A stretch of DNA of 63,923 nt, the filler included, from Octopus bimaculoides (taxonomy: Eukaryota): the NCBI RefSeq assembly GCF_001194135.2. It is 6 parts of 5 records of this genome, joined end to end, with 100 filler letters (N's around TTAATTAATTAA, not from the genome) between each part and the next. Parts side by side here need not be neighbours in the genome. Positions count along the whole stretch, not along the records: positions 1 to 18,057 come from NC_068995.1; 5 more parts are not named here. One strand, 5' to 3'. A program made the translations under genes and the position numbers. Numbering within the stretch: position 1 is the first letter of the stretch; every line of letters begins with the position of its first letter. The notes below the pieces were generated by a model. It had not been told where the DNA came from. It saw only the letters and a program-made list of their open reading frames with translations, and did not search any database. Of this stretch, positions 1 through 11,754 are shown piece by piece.

Positions 1-23
1 ATATATATATATATATATATATA

Positions 24-740
24 TAATACAAAGAATATATATGCTTGTATACACACATATATGTACATACTTACATCTACATGTGTATATAGATGCATAG
101 ATGTTTCGACCAAAGATTGGTCCAGGCCATGTCTAAATTAATAGCACCACCTGATAGGATTATCTAAATCCTTTTTAAGTCAAGTTTTGTGGTATCATGG
201 TCTATTCAAGTAGTGAGTTCTTGTTGAGTGAGTTGTATCCAGGTATAGGTGGCTTATCTGGTATTCCCTGAAGAAATTTGTCCAGATTCCATTTAAAAGT
301 AATGGGATCCTTTTCCTCTTTGATCTGTTCCGGGACAATGTTAAATAGAGCAGGAGCTGTTGAGGAAAAGAAATTGTGTTGCAGTGTACTTATGTGTTGT
401 GATCCTAAATTGGGTAGGGGACGTATGGCCCGTGGTCCTAGCTTTAGATGATTTTTTAAGCTAATGTTGAGGTCGTGTGGGCAATGCTAGCGGTATATTC
501 TCCACACCGTGCAAATGATGTGTCGCTCAGGGCGGCACTGAAAAGAATAGTTTATATATAGTTAGAATAGAGGCAGGTGACGAAGGATTTATTCCAAGTG
601 GCTATCTGTTTTCCTATGTGTTCGTTCTGTTGTCTGTAGTTCATCGTTCTAACATCCTGTACCCTGATATGCATCTATATACACATGTAGATGTAAGTAT
701 GTACATATATGTGTGTATACATGCATATATATTCTTTGTA

Positions 741-743
<3 letters not shown>
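24..743. repeat. Inverted repeat pair, arms 24-99 and 668-743
   Basis: 75 of 76 nt are reverse-complementary. The same motif (tacatacctacatctacatgtatatatagatgcat) recurs at about 1720-1760, so it belongs to a dispersed repeat. Confidence 0.85.
100..620 (-). mobile_element. CR1-group LINE, 3' end of ORF2 plus 3' UTR, decayed
   Basis: Minus frame QCRPERHIICTVWRIYR*...LGPRAIRPLP...STLQHNFFSSTAPALFNIVPEQIK...FKWNLDKFLQGIPDKPPIPGYNSLNKNSLLE* (stop at 202-204), typical of the CR1-like RT C-terminus. Confidence 0.75.
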
Positions 744-785
<42 letters not shown>

Positions 786-1264
786 TTCATGTGTGTACGT
801 ATGTATGTATGTAGGTAGGTAGGTAGGTAGGTAGATATTTGACACTTGTTTGTGGCCACTAATGACTTTTTCCTATTCCTTTATGCGAGGATGTATATTA
901 TCTACAGTCGGTAAAATCTGATCCACTTAGAACTTGGAGTATACTGTACTTCAGCCACCCAGATAGATTCAACTCAAAATTGAAGAACTAAATTTACGGT
1001 TTACCTTAGAGGTGAAATTCTACGAAATCTCTCGACTTGCTAAGAATAGTAACAAGAGGTCACTCATATCATATCTCACTGTTTTATTTTTTGTTTATTT
1101 GTCTTGTTTTGTTTGGTTTTATTTTGTTTTCTACTGAATCACATTGGGTAATGTAGACTTAAGTGTCTGCACCAAAACTGAAAAAGACGAGTTGGTCACT
1201 ACTGGAACGCTTTTGAACAGTCTTTTAATAGTTAGGTATACCCACGAAAATGTTGGCTGGTTGA

Positions 1265-1303
<39 letters not shown>

Positions 1304-1467
1304 NNNNNNNNNNNNNNNNNNNNNNNNNNNNNNNNNNNNNNNNNNNNNNNNNNNNNNNNNNNNNNNNNNNNNNNNNNNNNNNNNNNNNNNNNNNNNNNNN
1401 NNNNNNNNNNNNNNNNNNNNNNNNNNNNNNNNNNNNNNNNNNNNNNNNNNNNNNNNNNNNNNNNNNN

Positions 1468-1669
1468 TACTCTAGGCACAAGGCCCGAAATTTTGGGGGA
1501 AGGAGACCAGTCGATTAGATCGACCCTAGTACACAACTGGTACTTAATTTATCGACCGCGAAAGGATGAAAGGCAAAGTCGACACCTCGGCGGAATTTGA
1601 ACTCAGAATGTAAAGACAGACGAAATACCGCTAAGCATTTCGCCTGACGTACTAACGTTTCTGCCAGCT
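1468..1669 (-). mobile_element. SINE family A (tRNA-like head, Meta/Sauria-like central domain)
   Basis: Reverse complement of gagctggcagaaacgttag...gagttcaaattccgccgagg...ctttcatcctttcg.ggtcgataaattaagtaccag. Confidence 0.85.
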
Positions 1670-2243
1670 ATATATATATAATACAAATATATGAGTATAT
1701 GCATATATACGTACATGTATGTACATACCTACATCTACATGTATATATAGATGCATCTCTGGGTACAGGACGTTACAACAAAACGTGGACAAAATGAGAA
1801 ACAGAACATAAACAGAGCACAGAAAACTCACAGGTCACATAGAGAACATATATACGTGTGTGTATGTGTGTATGAGTGTATATAAAGAGAAAGAGAGAAA
1901 CAGACTGACTGAGGTAGAAACAGCGAGGTAACGGAAATAGACACCTGAAAAAATTTTTGGTAGCGAGAAACTTGGAGCGAGTTTCAAACAGATATTATAC
2001 ATTAATAGATAATATTAAACATTATATCAATAAATAAATGACTCTATGGTGTGCATTAATTTCGTTTATTACTGGCCCAGAGCCACACATTTGAACGGAA
2101 TTCTTTAATCAATTAGATCGATACCACTACACTGAAAGGTATTATTTTATCGACCCCGAAACGTGATGAAATATTGTCACAGATTGTTTGATTTGAACTG
2201 GAAACTTCGACTAACTTCAATGATTTTTTTTTTTTTTGTCTCA

Positions 2244-2414
2244 GGCGCAGACATGGTCGAGTTGTTAAGAAGCTCGCTTTGTAACCTTGTGGCTAAGGGA
2301 TCAGTCTCACAGCGCGGCAGCTTGGGCAAATGTTTTCTACTATAGCCCCAAGTCGCTTAATGCCTTGTGAGTGAATTTAGTAAACAGAAAAACTGCGTGA
2401 AAGCCCGTCGTGTA

Positions 2415-2451
<37 letters not shown>

Positions 2452-2557
2452 ATGCGCGTGTGTGTGCGCGCGCCTGTGTGTGTATGTGCGTGTGTGTGTG
2501 CGCGCGCCTGTGAGTGCGTGCGTGTGTGTATACGTGTACGCGTAATGTATATATGTA

Positions 2558-2614
<57 letters not shown>

Positions 2615-3005
2615 NNNNNNNNNNNNNNNNNNNNNNNNNNNNNNNNNNNNNNNNNNNNNNNNNNNNNNNNNNNNNNNNNNNNNNNNNNNNNNNNNNNNNN
2701 NNNNNNNNNNNNNNNNNNNNNNNNNNNNNNNNNNNNNNNNNNNNNNNNNNNNNNNNNNNNNNNNNNNNNNNNNNNNNNNNNNNNNNNNNNNNNNNNNNNN
2801 NNNNNNNNNNNNNNNNNNNNNNNNNNNNNNNNNNNNNNNNNNNNNNNNNNNNNNNNNNNNNNNNNNNNNNNNNNNNNNNNNNNNNNNNNNNNNNNNNNNN
2901 NNNNNNNNNNAATCGATTTATTTTACTAAAAAAAAAAACAAAGAAAAAGAAACTCTTCAATGCGGTGCCCCAGCATGGCCGCAGTCCAACGACTGAAATA
3001 AGTAG
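2244..3005 (+). mobile_element. SINE family B (tRNA head, CORE-like motif, internal microsatellite), gapped
   Basis: Head ggcgcag..ttgggcaaatgttttctactatagcc..aagcccgtcg, then (TG/TA)n and a gap, then tail gcggtgccccagcatggccgcagtc. Confidence 0.8.
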
Positions 3006-3208
3006 ATGGCCACAAATAAAAGCAACATACACTGAATAATACTCCATTGCTTGTGTTATAGAAATTTCTCAACATAAGCCGTGTTTTTCCAGTGTCAGCC
3101 ATACTTCATGTGTATGTATACGTTCCAAACAGACGTTTCTCAACCAACGTCTGTGATAAACACACGATATCACGACAATTAAATAAACGAAATAAAACCA
3201 TTCAGTCA

Positions 3209-3670
3209 TATTTCTTTTATCTTCTACCTTTTAGTTTCTTGAGTCACTAGACTGCGGCCATGCTGTAGCAGTACCTTGAAGGGTTATTATTGAACAACTT
3301 TGCCCCAGTATTTATGTTTGTTTTGTCTAGCTGTTTGTTATTTGTTTCAGCTTTTCTGTTTTGTTTTTGTCTGATTGTTTTTTAAAGTCTGATAATCATT
3401 CTATAAGTGTCTTTCGCCGAACAGCTAAATTATAGGGTTGTGAACAACCCAACACCAGTTGTCAAGCGGCGGAAGGGTGGCAAACACACAAAAAATACGT
3501 GTATATATGGCGGGCTTCTTTCAGTTTCCGTCTACTAAATCCATTCGCAAGGCTTTGGTCGGCCAGGGGCTATAGTAGAAGATATTTGCTCAAGGTGCCA
3601 TACAGTAGGACTGAACCCGAAACCTTGTGGTTGGGAAGCAAACTCTTTACCAGACAGCCACAGCTGCGCC
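3209..3670 (-). mobile_element. SINE family B, near full length
   Basis: Both head and tail motifs of family B are present in reverse orientation. Confidence 0.85.
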
Positions 3671-3839
3671 TATGACACTAACATTTTTTTTTCTTTTCCT
3701 TTTTAAAATAAAATCCTGAAAGTTTCTTTTTATTTAATACTTTTTTGCTACTTCACCGCATTTCTATATTTCTTTTGTTCGGCGAAACGTAATCTTATTG
3801 ATTTTCACTAAATGACTCCCCAAATTTCCGCTAGTTAAC

Positions 3840-4200
3840 TTTTAAATTCTCTCTACGCCACCCATCCCCACCCCGCACGAGGCTCACTACCACGTAAACA
3901 CAGAGCCGCCATGTTCGAAAACTACACAGCATCACTCTGGTTAGAAACAGCACCATTTTCTCTGTACATGTATGCAGGCATCCTCCGCGCTTCGGAACGA
4001 CTGAATTCATAAGAATCCGTAACGTAGAGATTCGTAACGCGAAAATACATGTTCCTTTCGATTTCTGGTCACCTAATCATTTTTTTCAAGAAAATCGGTG
4101 GTTTGAAAAAATGGCTTCGCGTTACGGAAATCTAAGTTACGGTAATCTTTTCAGAGCGTCATGTTTCTGTAACGTGGGGGATATTTATAACTTGATTTCC
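3840..4200. promoter_or_regulatory. CpG-rich promoter or first-exon-like region
   Basis: Local CpG/GC enrichment. GCCGCCATG at 3905-3913 overlaps AACATGGCGGC on the minus strand (YY1/Kozak-like); AAAAATGGC at about 4107. Confidence 0.35.
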
Positions 4201-4237
4201 ACCGTCTCTTTTAACAATGATTTCAAAAATTTTTACC

Positions 4238-4419
4238 CCAAGGGCAGCCTGGGGGTGAGGGGATTAAGTCGATTTCATAACTGGTACTTATTTAATCGAC
4301 CCCCCGAAAGGATGAAAGGCAAAGTCGATCTCGGTGGAATTCGAACTCAGAACGTAGCGACATGCGAAATGCCGTTAAGCTTATCGCCCAGCGCGCTAAC
4401 GATTCTGCCAGCTCGTCGC
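4238..4419 (-). mobile_element. SINE family A
   Basis: Family A central domain and head, reversed. Confidence 0.8.
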
Positions 4420-4704
4420 GTTCATCACTCTTAGCAATACAACACACACACACACATTCCGATTCCTATAAATGCTACGGCGATTCACACCCTCTTAACA
4501 TTCCACACATAGGCGTCGTTTATACGCAACTTGAATCAATGATTAGAGAGCTTAAGTGTAGCTGTTAAAGGAGACGACAAACTTCGTCTATTCAGTTGCA
4601 CATGAAACTCAATGACTACAGCAAATTGGCAGAGCTGCGAGAGTATCGGGCGAAACTCTTCGCAATAATTATCATAGCATTTGTGTTTTGAGTTCGAACT
4701 CTAC

Positions 4705-4912
4705 CAAAGGCAAAATGCCTGGAATTTTGGTGGAGAGAGGAATAGTCGATTACATCGACCCCATTACTCGGCTATCACGTAGTTAATCGATGCCGAAGGG
4801 GTGAAAGGTAAAAGCAAAATCGGTAAAACTTGAACTCAAGAAGTGAAAATCCGGAAGAAATACCGCTATATATTTTGTCCGGTGCAGTAACGATTCTGCC
4901 TGCTGGGCGCCC
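4705..4912 (-). mobile_element. SINE family A, degenerate
   Basis: Diverged match to the family A core and head. Confidence 0.65.
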
Positions 4913-5084
4913 TTGATAATTCTTTTCTACCCCCACCTCCGCACATCATCCACCTCAAAGTGGTCCTTCAAGCAGCTAGAAATAACAACCTAATTCCCTT
5001 TCAGCCAACAGGTTATCATCTTAAATAAAAGACGCTCTGCATAATGTAGTCCCAGATCTTATAACGAAGACAAAATGGCGTCTT

Positions 5085-5465
5085 TTATCTTTTACCGCTT
5101 TCAGTCATTGGACTGCGACAGTGCTGAGGCACCGCTTTGAAGGGCTCAGTCGAACAAATAAACCCCAGTACTTTTTTAGAAAAAGAAAAAAAAGCTTGTA
5201 CTTATTCTATCAGTCTCTTTTGCTGAAGCCGTTAAGTTACGTGAACGTAAACAAACCAACAACGGTCGTCAAGTAGTGATGGCGATACACAAGCACAAAG
5301 GGTCACATACATATACACATGTACATACATATATATTGATGGATATGTGTATATATATATTGCGCTCTTCTACTGTTTCCGTCTATCTAATTCACTCACA
5401 AGGCATTGGGCGGCCTGAAATATAACAAAAGACACAGTTACTGTATCCAAGGTGCCGTACATGGT
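5085..5465 (-). mobile_element. SINE family B, degenerate
   Basis: Tail cagtcattggactgcgac and head ttcactcacaaggcattggg..ccaaggtgcc, reversed. Confidence 0.7.
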
Positions 5466-5545
5466 CATGGCTGGAGCGCTTTGATCATAGGAAGACTTGA
5501 TCAGAACTGAGAAGTAGCTAATCAGCAGCATCAACGCTGCAATAT

Positions 5546-6092
5546 TCTTTTCTATTCAAGGCACAAAACCCGAAATCTGAACTCAGAACGTAAAGACAGA
5601 CGAAATTACGCTAAGCATTTCGTCCGGCGTGCTAACGTTTCTGCCACCTCGCCGCCTTGGCAACGCAGCAATATTCTTTTCTACTCTTGGCACAAAACCC
5701 GAAATTTGGGGGGGAGGGGGCCAGTCTATTAGATCGACCACAGTACGCAACTGGCACTTAATTTATCGACCCCGAAAGAATGAAAGATAAAGTCGACCTC
5801 GGCGGAATTTGAACTCAGAACGTAAAAACAGACGAAATTCTGCTAAGCATTTCGCCCGGCGTGCTAACGTTTCTTATTTCTTTATTGCCCACAAGGGGCT
5901 AAACATAGAGGGGACAAACAAGGACAGACAAAGGGATTAAGTCGATTACATCGACCCCAGTGCGTAACTGGTACTTAATCTATCGACCCTGAAAGGATGA
6001 AAGACAAAGTCGACCACGGCGGAATTTGAACAAACGAAATTCCGCCAAGCATCTCGCCCGGCGTGCGTACGTTTCTGCTAGCTCGCCGCCTT
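5546..6092 (-). mobile_element. Three stacked or nested family A SINEs
   Basis: Three consecutive head motifs (gaactcagaacg..cgaaat..ctaagcatt), all in the same orientation. Confidence 0.85.
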
Positions 6093-6188
6093 GGCAACGC
6101 AGCAATATTGATTAATCTCTGACATCGTTATAGAAACCGCTATGCAGTTGCTCCATCTGCTAGAAATAGCAGCCAAATCTTCTTCGAA

Positions 6189-6223
<35 letters not shown>

Positions 6224-6322
6224 ACTGTAATAAAAAAGACACGATGGATAATATACTTTTGAGAAAAAGAACAGGATAGTCATGGATAGAGCGCCTTTGT
6301 TCGTTGATCACTCTACTCTCTT

Positions 6323-6324
<2 letters not shown>

Positions 6325-6398
<74 letters not shown>
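6325..6398. repeat. (CT)n microsatellite
   Basis: Direct reading. Confidence 0.95.
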
Positions 6399-6401
<3 letters not shown>

Positions 6402-6512
6402 GCGAACTTGAGTTAAACTCTTTTGTTATCACATTTCTGTTGAAATACATGGCCCATGTTTCAATTAATTTTGAAAATAAGGAAGATCTTAGTAAAATAA
6501 AGTTGGTGCATA

Positions 6513-6878
6513 AGGCAGAGAGCTGGCGGAATCGTTACCGCGACGAACACAATGCTAAGCGGCATATCTTCCGACTAAGTTCTGAGTTCAAATGACACCG
6601 AGGTCGACTTTGCCTTTTATCCTTTCGGGGCCGATAAAATTAGTACCAGTCGAGCTCTGGGTTTCGATGTAAATCGACTTAACCACTTCCACGAAATTGC
6701 TGGCGTTGTGCCAAAACTTGAAACTATTATTAGGCTGATGTTTACAGCGGTGAACTGGCAAAATCGTGGGACAAAGTGCTCAGCAGCGAATTTTCTGGCT
6801 CTTTACGCTCTGGGTTCAAACACCACCGAGGTCAATTTTGCCTTTCATTCTTTCGAAGGTCGATAAAATGAGTACGCG
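6513..6878 (+). mobile_element. Two tandem family A SINEs (about 6513-6725 and 6747-6878)
   Basis: gagctggcggaatcgtt...gaggtcgactttgccttttatcctttcgggg, with the motif present twice. Confidence 0.8.
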
Positions 6879-7509
6879 TTAGAAAAGATTATTAAGTTAG
6901 TATTAGTTTAAATCACTCCAAAAGGAATCTGCATCATAAAAACTAGGGGGTGGGGTTTCAGGCGGGTCGGTATCAAAAAGCATAACGAGCCAAAGAGAAA
7001 CAGACCTCTAAGTGGTTGAACGACGTATTAGAAACACCAGCCAAATCTACGTCACATCAGATACGTGCTACAGTCTTAAATAAAGAACACGTTGGATAAT
7101 ATGGTCTTGAGCTTGCCACACACACACAGTACCATACATACACACGCTTACGCTCGCGCGCGCATACACGTACACACACACACACATACCGACCATCTCC
7201 ATACTCTCCTATCCCAGAAAGTAGTTTTTCTTTGTCCTTCCACTTCCGGTCACATCAAAAATGTAACTGCATGCGGACTATTGTGTTTCTTTTCTCCTTC
7301 CTTTTCCTTTGGATTTTACTGTTTTTCCTGTTTCCGAGGAAGAGCTATGCTCGAAACCTAAAACAACTACTCTTTTCCTTCTCCGAGCGTCTTATTAATA
7401 CATTGCATGAGCTACGTCCTCACGGTGTTGTTGTTTTTTTCTGCTTGTCTTTTTCTCTGTTCTCTTTTTTTTTCGTTTTTTTAATTAATTAATTATATAT
7501 ATATATTTA

Positions 7510-7672
7510 CGAAGGGCTTCCATGCAATTTCCGCCAGCCAAATTCACTCACAGATCATTGTTTGGCTCAGGGCTAAAAAACAGAATACGCTTGCCCAAGG
7601 TGCTGCGCAGTAGGACTGATCGCAAAGCCACGTAGTTCCAAAACGAGCTTCATAACTACGCAGTCGTGGTCA
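7510..7672 (-). mobile_element. SINE family B head fragment
   Basis: aagggcttc..cactcacaga..ttgcccaaggtgctgcgcagtaggactga. Confidence 0.65.
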
Positions 7673-8421
7673 AGTTTGGAGTGTCATTGATCAAAGATTT
7701 GCTCGATCAGACTGACCTGGGTCAAAACATCATCATCAACTACGACATAAATACAATACAATAAATCAAGGCAAAAAAAACCCTCTAAGTGGCCAGCAGA
7801 CATATTACAAAGAGCAACCAAACTTTCTTCAAAATACATTCCATTGTGTTAAAAAGCAGAGCGCGTTAAAGGATTATAGTCTCATATATATCATTTGAAA
7901 ATAGCAGTGAATAATCAAAGCTAGAACGAGTTTGATCATTTTAAACCTTGGGTTAAATTACAATGTACGACGAAGTTCATCTCACATATTTTAAGATAGG
8001 CGCTTAGGCGATAGAGTAACACCATATAGTGTGTGTGTGTGCGTGTGTGTAAGAGAGAGAAGGGGGGAGCGCGTGTGTATCGCAAACGGTTAAACACGTA
8101 TACCTTCACATGCAAAAAGTACTATATATACATCTATACAGGCATTCATATATATGTATACACACATACACGCACGTATATATCTGCACATACATTACAT
8201 TCATATATGTATAGACTCATACACACGCGTATATATATTATGTATCTATTAAACACAGACATGTGTATATCTATATATATAATGTATTTTAAACACAGAG
8301 ATATGTGCACACTCACACACACACACACACACGCACGCGCGCTCGCGCACGTTTATGTATTTGTTTTGCAAGATTCCCGATGTGAAATGTTGAAATAGAT
8401 ATTATTATATTTAGAGACGGA

Positions 8422-8636
8422 AAGGCAACGAGCTGGCAGAAACGTTAGCACGCCGGGCGAAATACTTAGCGAAATTTCGTCTGCCGTTACGCTCTGAGTT
8501 CAAATTCCGCCGAGGTCGACTTTGCCTTTCATCCTTTCGGAGTCGATTAAATCAAGTACCAGTTGCATACTGGGGTCGATCTAATCGACTGGCCCCCTCC
8601 CCAAAAATTTCGGGCTGTGTGCCTAGAGTAGAAAAG
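8422..8636 (+). mobile_element. SINE family A, full length, young
   Basis: Complete head (A-box-like gagctggcagaaacgttag, B-box-like gagttcaaattcc), core, and tail ending tagagtagaaaag. Confidence 0.9.
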
Positions 8637-8687
8637 TATATTTAGGTATGGTCCTTTCATTTTAACTTATATACCGTTCGCGTAAAA

Positions 8688-8718
<31 letters not shown>

Positions 8719-8744
8719 CATCGTATATAAATACATAACCCTTT

Positions 8745-8948
8745 TAACTATAGAGTAAGGTCTGATATTTTGGGTGATGGACATAGTCGATTAGATCGAC
8801 CCAAGTCTGTAACTGGTACTTATTTTATCGATCACGAAACAGATGAAATGTAATGTCGGCCGTGGTGGCATTTGAACTCAGGACGTAACGACGGCCGAAA
8901 TGTTACTAAGCATATTGTCCGGCGTGTTAACGATTTCGCCAGCTCGAT
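8745..8948 (-). mobile_element. SINE family A, older copy
   Basis: Reverse match to the core and head. Confidence 0.75.
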
Positions 8949-9489
8949 GCTATAGATACAGATACATATATATACATAACGAGGGTGGTTTATTTAGTTT
9001 TGAGATGTCTGTGAGTATATATATATAACACACATATATATATATTCTTAGCGGTGGAACTCGAAGTAGATAAAGTTATAAATAATAGCATGTAGAATAT
9101 TGGGTTAAAAACAAAGTCGAGGTCTGCTTGTGGGATACGAACCCATATGTTCTGTGCCCATGACCGATGTATTATCATTATACAAAGCAACACTTCAAAT
9201 TTGGTAAAAAAAAAATAAAATAATGACCATCTCGAAATATTTCGAATTTTCGTTATCCATTTTTGAACCTTCATCTTACCAGCGAGAATTGTATGTGGTT
9301 TGCATTATAAGATTTTTAATTTTTAATTTTTTTTCTTTGTTTAGAAGCTTCAAAAGATACGTAATAGATCGCTTTAACGGTGGGACTTGAAGGAGATAAC
9401 GCTATAAATAACAGCGTGTAGAGTGTTGAGCCAAAAAATAAAAACCACTTGCAGAGAAATGAGTCGGAGGCTGTCCGTATAAACGATAG

Positions 9490-9509
9490 CTAGATAGATA
9501 GATAGATAA

Positions 9510-9583
<74 letters not shown>

Positions 9584-9620
9584 GGATGGATAGATAGATA
9601 GATAGATGGATGGATGGATG

Positions 9621-9678
<58 letters not shown>
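9490..9678. repeat. (AGAT)n/(GGAT)n compound microsatellite
   Basis: Direct reading. Confidence 0.95.
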
Positions 9679-10665
9679 CCTCAACCTATGTCGGTAACTG
9701 GTTCCAAGTTATGCAACTTAACACGAAAAACAACGTAACGCGAAAAAACGTTTCAAAATATTTATTAGCTTATATTGTTTCAATGAATAATTTGTACATA
9801 TTTTCACGAGAATTTTATTTGATTTTCTACTTCAGCATCCGTTATCAAAGTTTTTGTTTTTGATATTTATGACTTTAAATCTGTTTGTAAAATTTGAGTA
9901 AATCAACTGAAGTTGAGGTCTATTTTTTTCCATAAATTTATTTAAAATACCTCGTTAAGTCGAAAGAGACGTAACTCGGTAATTTGCAGTATAGCTGTGT
10001 GCATGTGTGTGTGTATGTGTGTGCATTGGTGTTATTTTTTAGCCCCAGATAAACTGTAGTATCAAAAAACCCTAGAATCCTGTCACATAGAAGATCCATT
10101 TCATGTCAATTATAATTCTCTTCACATCTTGGATGGAATATTAAATCGACCGTAGTAAACATATCTATTTGGTTAGAGGAAAAATCACGAGTTCATCTTC
10201 TATATAATGGACATCCGAAGACCAATAACTTCCACCCCGCTTCATTGACAGGGAATTAAAGTAAGAATTAGATGTATTAAGAATAAAACGAAGAACCATA
10301 AGGTTAATAATTGATTGTGGAATACCTGATTAACTGAAATTTATTGAAGTATAGTTTCTGAAGGGCAAACAAGCCGAAACTTCGAAGTCACTTGCAATTT
10401 TATCCTTGTAATACTTAAATATGTAATTTGTTTTTAGTGATGGATGTTATATTAGATTCTCGTAATATTGTCAGATTTAAGTAATCCTTCAGTTTAATGT
10501 TCGATTGCTTTTATATGTAATTCGATGTAAAAGCGAAAATTAATACATGTACTTGTGTGTATGTGCGTGTATGCGTGTGTGTATGTGTGGGTGTGTATAT
10601 ATACATAGACATGTATATATGTATGTATAATTATATACGTGTATACATATATATGTACATATATG

Positions 10666-10712
<47 letters not shown>

Positions 10713-10741
10713 CTGTATCTGTGTGTGTGAGTGTGACTGTA

Positions 10742-10811
<70 letters not shown>

Positions 10812-10914
10812 TGTGTGTGTGTGTGTGTATGTGTGCACATATTTAAATCTATACACACATATATATAAACATATATATACATATACATATATATGGGAGA
10901 ATGTACGAAAAAAC

Positions 10915-11075
10915 AACAACAGACGAGGACAGGTGGTGTAAATAACAAAAGGATGTATTAGTATGACGCTCGGGAATACGGAAAGTTTTTAACGTTTCGA
11001 ACTACGCTCTTCAACAGAAAGAATACGGAGACAAGGAGAAAAACACGGAGAAAAAAAATTGAATAGTGTTCAGTC
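10915..11075 (-). mobile_element. Penelope-like terminal repeat with a hammerhead-like motif
   Basis: Minus strand ctttCTGTTGAagagcgtagttcGAAACGTTaaa. Confidence 0.45.
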
Positions 11076-11754
11076 AACGGTCAATCATGTGTATATATAG
11101 ATATAAATGCATATATATGCATATGTGTATACACACACACACACACACACATATCCATCACAACTGTCTGACGAACATGAACTTCAAACTCTGAAACGCA
11201 GGGCAATNNNNNNNNNNNNNNNNNNNNNNNNNNNNNNNNNNNNNNNNNNNNNNNNNNNNNNNNNNNNNNNNNNNNNNNNNNNNNNNNNNNNNNNNNNNNN
11301 NNNNNNNNNNNNNNNNNNNNNNNNNNNNNNNNNNNNNNNNNNNNNNNNNNNNNNNNNNNNNNNNNNNNNNNNNNNNNNNNNNNNNNNNNNNNNNNNNNNN
11401 NNNNNNNNNNNNNNNNNNNNNNNNNNNNNNNNNNNNNNNNNNNNNNNNNNNNNNNNNNNNNNNNNNNNNNNNNNNNNNNNNNNNNNNNNNNNNNNNNNNN
11501 NNNNNNNNNNNNNNNNNNNNNNNNNNNNNNNNNNNNNNNNGTGTGTGTGTGTGTGTATGTGTGCACATATTTAAATCTATACACACATATATATAAACAT
11601 ATATATACATATAGGACGGGCTTCTTTCAGTTTCCGTTTCCCAAATCCACTCACTCAGCCCGAGTTTATACTAGAAGAAACTTGCCTTACATATAATATA
11701 GATACAACCTGTCTCAGTCTTGGGACAGCGACCATGCTGGGGCAATATACATGC

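Noticed and set aside
8422-8520. tRNA genes at SINE heads
   Set aside because: A/B-box-like motifs run straight into SINE core and tail; no complete cloverleaf.
10810-11612. About 70-bp repeat at 10810-10885 and 11541-11612
   Set aside because: Low-complexity sequence at a gap edge; probably assembly redundancy.
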